64,000 bases of DNA from Chloroflexota bacterium (GTDB lineage: Bacteria > Chloroflexota > Dehalococcoidia > Bin125): NCBI GenBank assembly GCA_026707145.1, contig JAPOXK010000003.1, positions 14,713 through 78,712 of the forward strand. Reading direction: 5' to 3'. Below the pieces are notes generated by a model. That model saw only the letters and a list, made by a program, of their open reading frames with translations, searched no databases and had not been told where the DNA came from. The position numbers were made by a program, and so were the translations under genes. Positions 37,407-45,766 of this stretch are shown here, one piece after another. The stretch's first letter is position 1. Every line of letters begins with the position of its first letter.

Positions 37407-38750
37407 GTGGCGGACAACACTGGCGGCAGCCGCGTTCAGTATCACTGCTCGTTTTGCGGTAAGAATCAGGATCAAGTGAAGCGCCTGATCGCTGGTCCTG
37501 GTGCGGTCTATATCTGCGACGAATGCGTTGAACTCTGTCGGGAGATCATCGTCGAGGAGGCTGGCAGCTCCGCGACGTCCCGGACCAAGGCTGCCGCCCC
37601 CGCGAAGCCGCTGCCGCCACAGGAGATCTACGAACGGCTGGCGGAGTACGTCGTCGGCCAGGAACAAGCGAAGAAAGTCCTGGCGGTCGCCGTCTACAAC
37701 CACTACAAGCGGATCGCAGAGGGCGATGCGAATACTACCGATGTGGAGTTGGAGAAGAGCAACATCCTCCTGGTGGGGCCGACGGGGTCGGGGAAGACGC
37801 TCTTGGCGCGCACGTTGGCTCGCATTCTCGATGTCCCGTTCTCGATCGCGGATGCGACGGCTCTGACGGAGGCTGGCTACGTTGGCGAGGACGTCGAGAA
37901 CATTCTGCTGCACCTGATTCAGGCTGCGGACTACGACGTGCAGCGTGCGGAGCGCGGCATCGTCTACATCGACGAGATCGATAAGGTCGCGCGCAAAGCC
38001 GACAACCCCTCTATCACGCGCGATGTCTCCGGCGAAGGTGTGCAGCAAGCGTTGCTCAAGATCATTGAGGGCACGGTGGCATCGGTGCCGCCACAGGGTG
38101 GTCGCAAGCACCCACACCAGGACTTCATCCAGATCGACACGTCGAAGATCCTTTTCATCTGTGGCGGAGCGTTCGAGGGTCTTGAGGCCATCATCGACCG
38201 GCGGGTCGGGCGCAGCCGTACGCTCGGCTTTGGCGCTTCGCATCCCACGGCTGCCGATCGAGAGGAGAACCTGCTGCGGGAGGTTACACACGACGACCTG
38301 CTCAAGTACGGGCTCATTCCGGAGTTCGTGGGGCGACTTCCGCTGGCCGTCGCACTGGATCCGCTGGGCCGGGATGACTTGGTCCACATACTCACTGATC
38401 CGAAGAACGCCCTCGTGCGCCAGTTCGAGCGCTTTCTTGCCCTCGACGATGTAGAGCTGGTGCTTCCCTCTAAGGCCCTGGAAGCGATCGCGGACGTCGC
38501 GCTGCGGGAGCATACGGGCGCGCGCGGTCTCCGCACGGTGATCGAGGACCTGTTGCTGGACGTGATGTTCGATATCCCGAGTCGTCCGGAGGTGCGCAAG
38601 TGCGTAGTGGGGGCGGAGACGGTCTTGCAGGGCCAGCGTCCACTCCTCTTCACCGAGGCTGGTTTGCCCATTGAGCTCCGCACTTTGGAAAGCGAGCCCA
38701 GCGAGCCCGCTGGGTCAGACGACGAACTCCTCCAACAGGAGAGCGCCTAA
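37407..38750 (+). CDS. clpX: ATP-dependent Clp protease ATP-binding subunit ClpX
   Basis: 447 aa, GTG start. Zinc-binding CSFCGK...CDEC, Walker [12 protein letters not shown], Walker [13 protein letters not shown]-type loop LGFGA. Confidence 0.93.
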   Translation: MADNTGGSRVQYHCSFCGKNQDQVKRLIAGPGAVYICDECVELCREIIVEEAGSSATSRTKAAAPAKPLPPQEIYERLAEYVVGQEQAKKVLAVAVYNHYKRIAEGDANTTDVELEKSNILLVGPTGSGKTLLARTLARILDVPFSIADATALTEAGYVGEDVENILLHLIQAADYDVQRAERGIVYIDEIDKVARKADNPSITRDVSGEGVQQALLKIIEGTVASVPPQGGRKHPHQDFIQIDTSKILFICGGAFEGLEAIIDRRVGRSRTLGFGASHPTAADREENLLREVTHDDLLKYGLIPEFVGRLPLAVALDPLGRDDLVHILTDPKNALVRQFERFLALDDVELVLPSKALEAIADVALREHTGARGLRTVIEDLLLDVMFDIPSRPEVRKCVVGAETVLQGQRPLLFTEAGLPIELRTLESEPSEPAGSDDELLQQESA

Positions 38751-38798
38751 GGCGTCCGAACGTCGGTGCCTAGCGCCTCACCTTGCTAGGCTGACGGC

Positions 38799-39551
38799 GT
38801 GCCGAAACGCCGGCTTGATCAGATCCTCATCGACCGTGGCTTAGCGCCCACGCTCACACGAGCACGCGCACTGATCATGGCCGGTCGTGTGTACGGTCGG
38901 GCACGGGTTTACGACAAGCCCGGCATGCAACTCGACGCCGATGTCGCACTCACCCTGACTCCCGATAAGGAATTCGTTTCGCGGGGCGGACTGAAGCTGC
39001 GGGCTGCGCTCGAGGCGTGGCCGGTCGGGGTCAGCGGCCGTGTGTGCGCCGACTTAGGAGCCAGTACGGGTGGCTTCACGGACCTCCTCCTGCAGCATGG
39101 AGCAGCGCGTGTCTACGCGGTCGATGTTGGCAAGGGGCAGCTGCACGATCGGTTGTCGCGTGATGCGCGAGTGGTGATCATGGATGGAACCAATGCGCGC
39201 GCGCTCCCAGTGTTGAATCCGCCTCCCGACCTCGTCACCGTGGATCTCGCGTTCATTTCGGTGACGGCGGTTCTGCCTGCGATCGAGGTGGTCGCTCAAC
39301 CCGGTGCCGATGTCGTTGTGTTGGTTAAGCCGCAGTTTGAAGTGGAGCGATCGGCAGTCGATTATTGCGGCGTTGTCCGTGACCCTGGCTGCCGGGCGGC
39401 TGCCATCGCGGTCGTGGCGGGGGCGGCCCGGGATCGTGCATGGCGCATAGGAGGCATACTCGCTTCGCCCATTCGGGGCGCAAACGGCAATCGGGAATGC
39501 TTGCTGTGGATGCGTACGCCCCGTGCAAAGGGGAACGCTTATGATCGGTGA
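38799..39551 (+). CDS. tlyA: TlyA-family rRNA 2'-O-methyltransferase (S4 domain + FtsJ-like)
   Basis: 250 aa, GTG start. S4-like N-terminus RLDQILIDRGLAPTLTRARALIMAG, SAM motif DLGASTGGFTD. Confidence 0.85.
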   Translation: MPKRRLDQILIDRGLAPTLTRARALIMAGRVYGRARVYDKPGMQLDADVALTLTPDKEFVSRGGLKLRAALEAWPVGVSGRVCADLGASTGGFTDLLLQHGAARVYAVDVGKGQLHDRLSRDARVVIMDGTNARALPVLNPPPDLVTVDLAFISVTAVLPAIEVVAQPGADVVVLVKPQFEVERSAVDYCGVVRDPGCRAAAIAVVAGAARDRAWRIGGILASPIRGANGNRECLLWMRTPRAKGNAYDR

Positions 39552-40434
39552 GTACAGCACGGTCGGGATCTACCACCATCCTACGCACCTTCCTGCTCGG
39601 GAGTTCGCCGAGCAATTGCGCAAGCATATTGAGAGTGAGGAAGGCGGTGGACGTGCCGTTTGGGTGGCCTCCGCTTTCGATCCTGTCGCATCAACGCGCG
39701 ATCTTCCGGACACGGACCTGCTGATCTGCCTGGGCGGCGACGGGACGGTCCTGCGCGCGGCGCGCGCGGTGATCCCGTACGCGATTCCGATCCTCGGCGT
39801 GGATATGGGACGGGTCGCGTTTCTCACCGAGTGCACCGCTCCGCAGCTTTCGGAGCGACTCCCCCAGGCGCTGCAAGGACACGGCCGGATCGAGGAGCGC
39901 GCGATGATCGACGTGCGGATGAGCGGATTCGCCGTTGCGGACGCTCCTCGGCACGTGCAAGCGCTCAACGACGTGATCGTAGGCCGGCGGTCGGTCGGTC
40001 GTCCGATCGCGGTGAACGTCCATGTCGATGATGATCTCATCGGGGTGATCACCGCCGATGCCGTGATCGTTGCAACAGCGACGGGGAGCACCGGCTATTC
40101 ACTGTCGGCCGGTGGGCCCGTTCTCCATCCGCTTTCCCGCAGTCTCGTGGTCACGCCGGTCGCTTCCCATCTCGCAACCGCCGCACCGATCGTATTGCCG
40201 GACAATGCCGTGATCGATCTATCGGCTGTGACGGAAGGAACCACTGCGCTCAGCATCGACGGTCAGGGCCAGCACGAGATGAGTGGAACGAGCACGGTCC
40301 GTGTCAAACGGAGCAGCCATGTCGCGCGCTTGCTGCGCTTCTGGGATGATCCCTTTTACGAGCAACTCGGTCGCCGCCTCGGCTGGCTCGGCGACGCGAC
40401 CGCGCCCTCCTCGTCTCCCGAGGGAGATCCCTAG
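39541..40434 (+). CDS. nadK: NAD kinase
   Basis: ATG 39541 overlaps the tlyA 3' end (stop 39549-39551). Motifs GGDGTVLRAAR, NDVIV, ATATGSTGYSLSAGGP. Confidence 0.9.
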   Translation: MIGEYSTVGIYHHPTHLPAREFAEQLRKHIESEEGGGRAVWVASAFDPVASTRDLPDTDLLICLGGDGTVLRAARAVIPYAIPILGVDMGRVAFLTECTAPQLSERLPQALQGHGRIEERAMIDVRMSGFAVADAPRHVQALNDVIVGRRSVGRPIAVNVHVDDDLIGVITADAVIVATATGSTGYSLSAGGPVLHPLSRSLVVTPVASHLATAAPIVLPDNAVIDLSAVTEGTTALSIDGQGQHEMSGTSTVRVKRSSHVARLLRFWDDPFYEQLGRRLGWLGDATAPSSSPEGDP

Positions 40435-40547
40435 AGCGATCTTCGGGAGAGAGCGTTGCGCGAGCGACGGCGCCTCAATCACGCATGGGCTACCTTAAAA
40501 GGACGGAACCGCGCTCGCGGCGGCGAGGCGTTGTGATCTCGAAGGCT

Positions 40548-41048
40548 ATGACCGTCACTCAATCCCCTGCGAGTCGGCTTTTGGCGGAGAAAGCCCGCGT
40601 GGACGATGTCGGCGCGATCCGGCGACTGATCGATTATTGGGTCCAGACGGACGTGGTTCTGCCGCGGACTGAGGGGGAGATCTACGAAACATTGCGAGAC
40701 TTCGTTGTCGTACGCGATGAAGACCGCATTGCCGCGGCAGGCGCCCTCCATATCGAGTGGAAGGACCTGGCGGAGATCAAGTCACTCGTGGTTGCTCCCG
40801 AGTATCAAGGGCAAGGTCTCGGCTCCCTGGTGGTGGAGGCGTGCTTGGACGAGGCGGTCGCACTCGGCATGAAGACGGTCTTCGCGCTCACCACCAGTCC
40901 GGAGTTCTTTGAGAAGTGCGGCTTTGCGCAGGCTGCCGTTTCCAGCTTCCCACTCAAGGTCTGGAATGAGTGCTTGCGCTGTCCCAAGTATGCTCGCTGC
41001 GACGAGATCGCCGTCGCCATCGATCTCCGCTCGCGTGCCCCCCGCTGA
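40548..41048 (+). CDS. GNAT-family N-acetyltransferase (short ArgA-like amino-acid acetyltransferase)
   Basis: Acetyl-CoA motif VVAPEYQGQGLGSLVV. Overall resembles single-domain N-acetylglutamate-synthase-like GNATs. The start is uncertain (ATG 40548 or ATG 40485). Confidence 0.7.
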   Translation: MTVTQSPASRLLAEKARVDDVGAIRRLIDYWVQTDVVLPRTEGEIYETLRDFVVVRDEDRIAAAGALHIEWKDLAEIKSLVVAPEYQGQGLGSLVVEACLDEAVALGMKTVFALTTSPEFFEKCGFAQAAVSSFPLKVWNECLRCPKYARCDEIAVAIDLRSRAPR

Positions 41049-41622
41049 CGCGCTCCGCGAGGAGACCGCGAGCAGCGAGCGTCTCTACGATGGTCGGGTT
41101 CTTAGGCTCCGGCGCGATAGCGTCCGTCTTCCAGACGGACGGACTGCGCAGCGTGAGGTGGTGGAGCATCCTGGCTCCGTCGTGATCCTCGCACTGGAAG
41201 CCGGAGGTATGATCCCGTTCGTCCGCCAGTGGCGGACGCCGGCGGAGCGCGCTCTGCTCGAGCTGCCCGCAGGTACCCTGGACGCTGGTGAAGACCCCCA
41301 GGTCGCTGCTGCGCGAGAGTTGGAAGAGGAGGTGGGGTTGCGCCCTGGTCGGCTGGAGAGAATGCACCGCTTTTGGATTTCGCCGGGCTGGGCTACGGAG
41401 TACATGCATGGCTACCTCGCGCGTGATTGCACGCGCGTGCCGGCACGCCCTGATGAAGACGAGTTGCTCTTCGTGGAACGCTATACGCTGGAGGAGAGCA
41501 TGCAGCTTGTTCGGGAAGGCGAAGTCGAGGATGCGAAGTCCCTGCTGATGCTCCACGCGCTCGCACTCCGTGCTATCGGCTCGCGGGGCGTGCGGACTAT
41601 CGAGCACTACCGCGGCGACTGA
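41035..41622 (+). CDS. NUDIX hydrolase (ADP-ribose pyrophosphatase-like)
   Basis: Nudix box GTLDAGEDPQVAARELEEEVGL. The ORF-track start 40909 lies deep inside the GNAT gene. In-frame GTG 41035 gives a 195-aa product, but the start is uncertain. Confidence 0.8.
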   Translation: MPPADALREETASSERLYDGRVLRLRRDSVRLPDGRTAQREVVEHPGSVVILALEAGGMIPFVRQWRTPAERALLELPAGTLDAGEDPQVAAARELEEEVGLRPGRLERMHRFWISPGWATEYMHGYLARDCTRVPARPDEDELLFVERYTLEESMQLVREGEVEDAKSLLMLHALALRAIGSRGVRTIEHYRGD

Positions 41623-41698
41623 TCGGATCGACCATCGACCGTTGACTAAGCGCTCGGCCCTCCCACCGGTACTCTCCCCCTTTAATTGAACGGTCCGG

Positions 41699-43504
41699 AT
41701 GCCGGTGATAGCATCTGAGCCGCGAGAACCAGGACCGAATCACGACCGAGCGTATGGAGGAGGGCGACCGCCTTTGCTGGAACATGGTGTGCTCATCGTC
41801 GGTTCGGGTCTCGCTGGCATGCGCGCTGCGCTCGAGGTGAGTGAGGATCCCGACCTCGACGTTGCGCTGCTCACCAAGGTGCATCCGCTGCGCTCTCACT
41901 CCGGGGCTGCGCAAGGTGGGATCGCTGCTTCCCTCAATAACTCCAATGACGAGGACTCCTGGGAACTGCACATGTACGACACCGTCAAAGGTGCGGACTT
42001 TCTCGCCGACCAGAACGCGGCGGAGATCCTTGCCCGGGAAGCACCGGAGAACATCTTCGAGTTGGAGCATTGGGGATGCGCCTTTTCCCGCCTCGAAAAC
42101 GGCCTCATCGCGCAGCGGCGCTTCGGAGGTCATACGCAACCGCGGGCTGTCTACGCGGCCGATCGCACGGGCCACGCGCTGCTTACGGTCCTGTTTGAGC
42201 AGCTTTTCCGTCGAGGTGTGAAGGTCTATAGCGAGTGGTACGCCCTAGACTTGGTTCTGCGTGACAACGTTTGCCAGGGAGTTGTGGTCTACGACATCCT
42301 CACCGGGCAGATCGACGCCATCGCAGCCAAGGCCGTGCTGTTCGCAACCGGGGGCTACGGGCGCGCTTTCCAAACCACTACCAATGCTGCTGCCTCGACC
42401 GGCGACGGCATCGTGATGGCTTACCGGGCCGGTATCCCGCTGGAAGACATGGAGTTCGTGCAATTCCATCCCACCGGTCTGCAGGGCTCCGGCATTTTGC
42501 TGAGCGAAGCGGCCCGCGGCGAGGGCGCGCATATCCTCAATGCCGAAGGGCGTCGCTTTATGGAGGATTATGCGCCCGAGCGCATGGAACTCGCGCCACG
42601 GGATATCGTGGCACGCGCGGAGCAGACTGAGATCGATGAAGGGCGCGGCGTCACCGACAAGAAGGACTCCGTCTTCATGGACTTCAGCCCGATTGGAGAG
42701 GAGCGTATTCGCTACGCCCTGCCCTCCGTGCTCCATCTGGCCCGTGACTTCGCGGGGATAGATCCGCTGCAAGCGCCTGTGCCGATTCAACCCACCGCGC
42801 ACTACTCGATGGGCGGCATTCCCTGTGACGTCGATGGAATGGTGCGGCTCAAGGATCAGAATGACACGCCGATCGTTGGCTTCTACGCGGCAGGAGAATG
42901 CTCGTGTGTTTCCGTGCACGGTGCGAACCGCTTGGGGACCAACTCCCTCTTGGAGGCGGTCGTTTTCGGACGGCGCGCCGGGCGCGCGATCCGTACCGCA
43001 GTGCGGGATCTCGCGCCCACGCGCATCGAGGAGGGCGATCTGCAGAGGGCTGTTGCAGAGGTCGATCGGCTCCTCAAGGGCGACGGCCCAGAACGCGCGG
43101 GTGCCATTCGCCAGGAGCTGCGCGAGGTGATGATGATCGACTGTGGAGTCTTCCGCACCAGACCCCAGCTGGAGAACTGCTTGAGCACGCTCAAGAACCT
43201 GCAGGAGCGCTACCAGCGAATCGCCATCGACGATAAGGGTTGGCAATTCAACACGGATCTCGTCGAAGCGATCGAGCTCGGGCATATGCTGGAATACGCG
43301 GAAGTGATCATCACGGGGGCCCTCGCGCGTGAAGAGAGTCGAGGCGGGCACTTCCGCAAGGATTTCCCCACCCGTGACGACCAGCGCTGGCACAAGCACA
43401 CGCTTGCCTACCGCACGGACGATGGCCCCCGCCTCGCATATGCTGATGTCAACATGCAGCCGCAGTACCGCGATCCGTTCCCGCTCGAAGAGCGCAAATA
43501 TTAG
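41699..43504 (+). CDS. sdhA: Succinate dehydrogenase/fumarate reductase flavoprotein subunit
   Basis: 601 aa. FAD fold VLIVGSGLAGMRAAL, covalent-FAD His context RSHSGAAQGG, HPTG, HGANRLGTNSLLE, ESRGGHFR. Confidence 0.92.
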   Translation: MPVIASEPREPGPNHDRAYGGGRPPLLEHGVLIVGSGLAGMRAALEVSEDPDLDVALLTKVHPLRSHSGAAQGGIAASLNNSNDEDSWELHMYDTVKGADFLADQNAAEILAREAPENIFELEHWGCAFSRLENGLIAQRRFGGHTQPRAVYAADRTGHALLTVLFEQLFRRGVKVYSEWYALDLVLRDNVCQGVVVYDILTGQIDAIAAKAVLFATGGYGRAFQTTTNAAASTGDGIVMAYRAGIPLEDMEFVQFHPTGLQGSGILLSEAARGEGAHILNAEGRRFMEDYAPERMELAPRDIVARAEQTEIDEGRGVTDKKDSVFMDFSPIGEERIRYALPSVLHLARDFAGIDPLQAPVPIQPTAHYSMGGIPCDVDGMVRLKDQNDTPIVGFYAAGECSCVSVHGANRLGTNSLLEAVVFGRRAGRAIRTAVRDLAPTRIEEGDLQRAVAEVDRLLKGDGPERAGAIRQELREVMMIDCGVFRTRPQLENCLSTLKNLQERYQRIAIDDKGWQFNTDLVEAIELGHMLEYAEVIITGALAREESRGGHFRKDFPTRDDQRWHKHTLAYRTDDGPRLAYADVNMQPQYRDPFPLEERKY

Positions 43505-43522
43505 CCGGCGCGGAGATATCTG

Positions 43523-44557
43523 GTGCCAAAGCAAGACTTCGTCATCGAACGCTACGACCCCGTCACGGAGCGCAGCTACGAGCAGCAGTTCACCGCTGAG
43601 TACGAGCCTGGCCAGACCGTGCTTGACTGTCTGAACAGCATCAAATGGACGCAGGACGGCACGCTTTCCTTTCGCTGGTCCTGCCGGCACGCGATCTGTG
43701 GCTCCTGCGCGATGAAGGTCAACGGCCGCAGCATGCTGGCCTGCAAGACGCAGGTGACCGATATCGTCGACCGGGGCGATCCGATTCGCGTGGCGCCCAT
43801 GGGCAATCAGAAGGTTGTCAAGGACTTGGTCGTCGACATCTCGAACTTTCTGGACGCGTTTGAGCGTGCGGAGACCTGGCTGCAGGAGCTTCCGGACCAA
43901 GACCCGCCTTCCCGGGAATATCGCACCGACAAAGAGGAGTTCGACCGCTGGTCCCATACCGCGACCTGTATCCACTGCGGAGCCTGCTACTCCGACTGCA
44001 CGGTGGTTGCGGCCGACCCCAAATTCCTCGGTCCGGCGGCGCTGGCCAAGGCCTACCGCTTCGTCTTCGATAGCCGCGATTCCAAGAAACACGAGCGCCT
44101 GGAGTTTCTCTCCGAGAAGCACGGGATCTGGGACTGCACGCGTTGCTTCATGTGTATTGAGGCGTGTCCCAAGGATGTGCTGCCGATGGACGCGATCATG
44201 GAGCTCCGCACCGAAGCGATGCGGGAGGGGATCACCAATAATCACGGCTCCCGGCACTCCAACGCTTTCCGGGGCGGTGTGCGGAAACGCGGCCGCTTGG
44301 ACGAGGCGACCCTTCCGATCCTCTCGGCCGGCGTCCGTCTCGGGGCCATCCCGGAGTTGATTGGCTACACACCCGGTGCGCTGCGCTTGCTGAAGAGTCG
44401 TAAGTTGATCATGGCCGCCAAGCGACACGGCGCGAACCGCGAAGGCCGCCGACAGGTCCGCCGTATCTTCGATGAAGTCGAAGCAGAGAAAGCCCGAAGC
44501 GCTGTGGATGCGGAGGCTTTCGCAGCAGAGCGCTCTTCCGCGCTCATGGCCCACTGA
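43523..44557 (+). CDS. sdhB: Succinate dehydrogenase iron-sulfur subunit, non-classical (extra Cys in third cluster motif; ~100-aa C-terminal extension)
   Basis: 344 aa. 2Fe-2S CRHAICGSC...C, 4Fe-4S CIHCGACYSDC, third motif CTRCFMCIEACP (CxxCxxCxxxCP, 44135-44170). Confidence 0.88.
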   Translation: MPKQDFVIERYDPVTERSYEQQFTAEYEPGQTVLDCLNSIKWTQDGTLSFRWSCRHAICGSCAMKVNGRSMLACKTQVTDIVDRGDPIRVAPMGNQKVVKDLVVDISNFLDAFERAETWLQELPDQDPPSREYRTDKEEFDRWSHTATCIHCGACYSDCTVVAADPKFLGPAALAKAYRFVFDSRDSKKHERLEFLSEKHGIWDCTRCFMCIEACPKDVLPMDAIMELRTEAMREGITNNHGSRHSNAFRGGVRKRGRLDEATLPILSAGVRLGAIPELIGYTPGALRLLKSRKLIMAAKRHGANREGRRQVRRIFDEVEAEKARSAVDAEAFAAERSSALMAH

Positions 44558-45435
44558 TGAAGTACGCTTTCTGGCCTGGCTGTGTTTCTCGCGGCGCCGC
44601 GCCGGAACTCTATACCGCCACCAAGGCGGTCGCCGAGCACATCGGTATGGAGTTGGTGGAGTTAGAGGCGGCTGCCTGCACGGGCGCCGGAATCATTTCC
44701 GACGGCGATCCCTACCTGCAGGATGTTCTCAACGCGCGCACGCTGGCGATGGCCTCGAAGTTGGGCTTGCCGCTGATTGATATCTGCTCGACCTGCATCG
44801 GCGTGCACAGCCTCGCTGTCGAGAAGCTTGAGAACGAGGAGTACCGTGCTCGCATCAACGAGCGCCTTGCCCCTGAAGGCTTGGAATATACGGGCGACAC
44901 GAAGCCGCGGCACCTGCTTTGGGCCCTCTTCGAGGATTTGGAAGGCGACAGGCTTCGCAGCCTGATCAAGCGGCCGCTAGCCGAGCTGAAGCTCGGTCCG
45001 TTCTACGGGTGCTACATCCTACGTCCGGAGCGCGTCCTCGGCTTTGCAGAGCATCCCCACCGGCGTCGCAGCTTGGAATCGGCGATCGAGTTGGTCGGGG
45101 CGAGCGTTGTGACATACGACGGTATGACGAAATGCTGCGGCTTCCCGATCCTCACGACGAACAAGCGCAACTCACTTGCGATGGCGGGTGGGCACGTGGG
45201 TGAAGCGAAGGACAGTGGTGCCGATGCACTCGTCACACCCTGTCCGCTCTGTCACCTCAACCTTGACGCGCAGCAGTACGACGCCGCGCGCGTCGTCCGC
45301 CGCAAGCTCGATCTGCCGATTCTGCACCTGCCGCAGCTCATCGGGCTGGCCATGGGGATCGAGCCAGACAAGCTGGGGCTGGATGGGCACGTTGTCAACA
45401 CGAAGCCGCTCTTGCGCAAGGCAGGCGTCCGTTAG
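44557..45435 (+). CDS. HdrB-like CCG-domain subunit of type-E succinate:quinone oxidoreductase (SdhE/SdhC-type)
   Basis: 292 aa, TGATG overlap with sdhB. Two Cys-rich domains: N-terminal WPGC...AAACTG...CSTC, and C-terminal CCGFP...TPCPLC (CCG motif). No TM helices. Confidence 0.8.
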   Translation: MKYAFWPGCVSRGAAPELYTATKAVAEHIGMELVELEAAACTGAGIISDGDPYLQDVLNARTLAMASKLGLPLIDICSTCIGVHSLAVEKLENEEYRARINERLAPEGLEYTGDTKPRHLLWALFEDLEGDRLRSLIKRPLAELKLGPFYGCYILRPERVLGFAEHPHRRRSLESAIELVGASVVTYDGMTKCCGFPILTTNKRNSLAMAGGHVGEAKDSGADALVTPCPLCHLNLDAQQYDAARVVRRKLDLPILHLPQLIGLAMGIEPDKLGLDGHVVNTKPLLRKAGVR

Positions 45436-45499
45436 CCGCTGAATCGAAGCCCGTTCCCACAACGGCCAGCACTGCGGCTCGGTCACGCATCCGCGTACG

Positions 45500-45651
45500 T
45501 CGGGTCGGGTGAAAAGGGAGGGCAGCGGGACCGACGGGTTGCTCTCGCGCTTGGAGCGGCAAGCCGCCGTGGGGCGCGAGAGTGGCGGGCGGGGGGAACT
45601 TCGGTCCCGCTACCTGGGCCCTCCTTAACTACTAAAACGTCGCCGACCCGA
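45500..45651. other. Long compound inverted repeat: candidate structured RNA and/or bidirectional terminator
   Basis: Nested helices read directly from the sequence: 45501-08/45643-50 (8 bp), 45516-23/45618-25 (8 bp including one GU), 45524-34/45601-11 (11 bp), 45542-50/45574-82 (9 bp), 45556-59/45564-67 (4 bp, CAAG loop). On the minus strand it is followed by TTTTC. Confidence 0.45.
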
Positions 45652-45687
45652 GGCTGGTTCCCGTCGCGTCCGAGTCTCCGCCGATAT

Positions 45688-45704
45688 TTGACATAAATCT
45701 GTCA
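45688..45704. promoter_or_regulatory. TTGACA hexamer overlapping the inverted repeat TGACA-N6-TGTCA in an AT-rich patch
   Basis: TTGACA 45688-45693. TGACA (45689-45693), TAAATC, TGTCA (45700-45704). The local sequence GATATTTGACATAAATCTGTCATTGGTA is conspicuously AT-rich for this genome. Confidence 0.25.
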
Positions 45705-45766
45705 TTGGTAGACCCTCGTTGGGGCAGGTGGTGGGCTCAAAGAGGTTTCGGCATGCCTGTAGAGGG

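Noticed and set aside
42245-44554. 769-aa ORF antisense to sdhA/sdhB. Similar long antisense ORFs occur at 36840-38513 (vs clpP/clpX), 29133-30530 (vs aspS), 26469-27977 (vs LLM), 13099-14493 (vs trmD/rplS/priA), 48345-49304 (vs mdh) and 46548-47363 (vs fumC).
   Set aside because: Their products are Arg/Gly/Pro/His-rich with no recognisable motifs. Each lies opposite a gene with unmistakable conserved motifs. Long stop-free antisense frames are expected in GC-rich DNA.
45500-45651. tRNA-Sec (because selB is in the window), an ordinary tRNA, or 4.5S/SRP RNA as the identity of the structured element.
   Set aside because: The pairing is a continuous rod (5' half pairs with 3' half throughout), not a cloverleaf. 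There is no GTTCRANYC T-loop and no UCA anticodon arm. The apical region lacks the SRP GNAR tetraloop with the flanking AGCA/GGA symmetric-loop motif on either strand.
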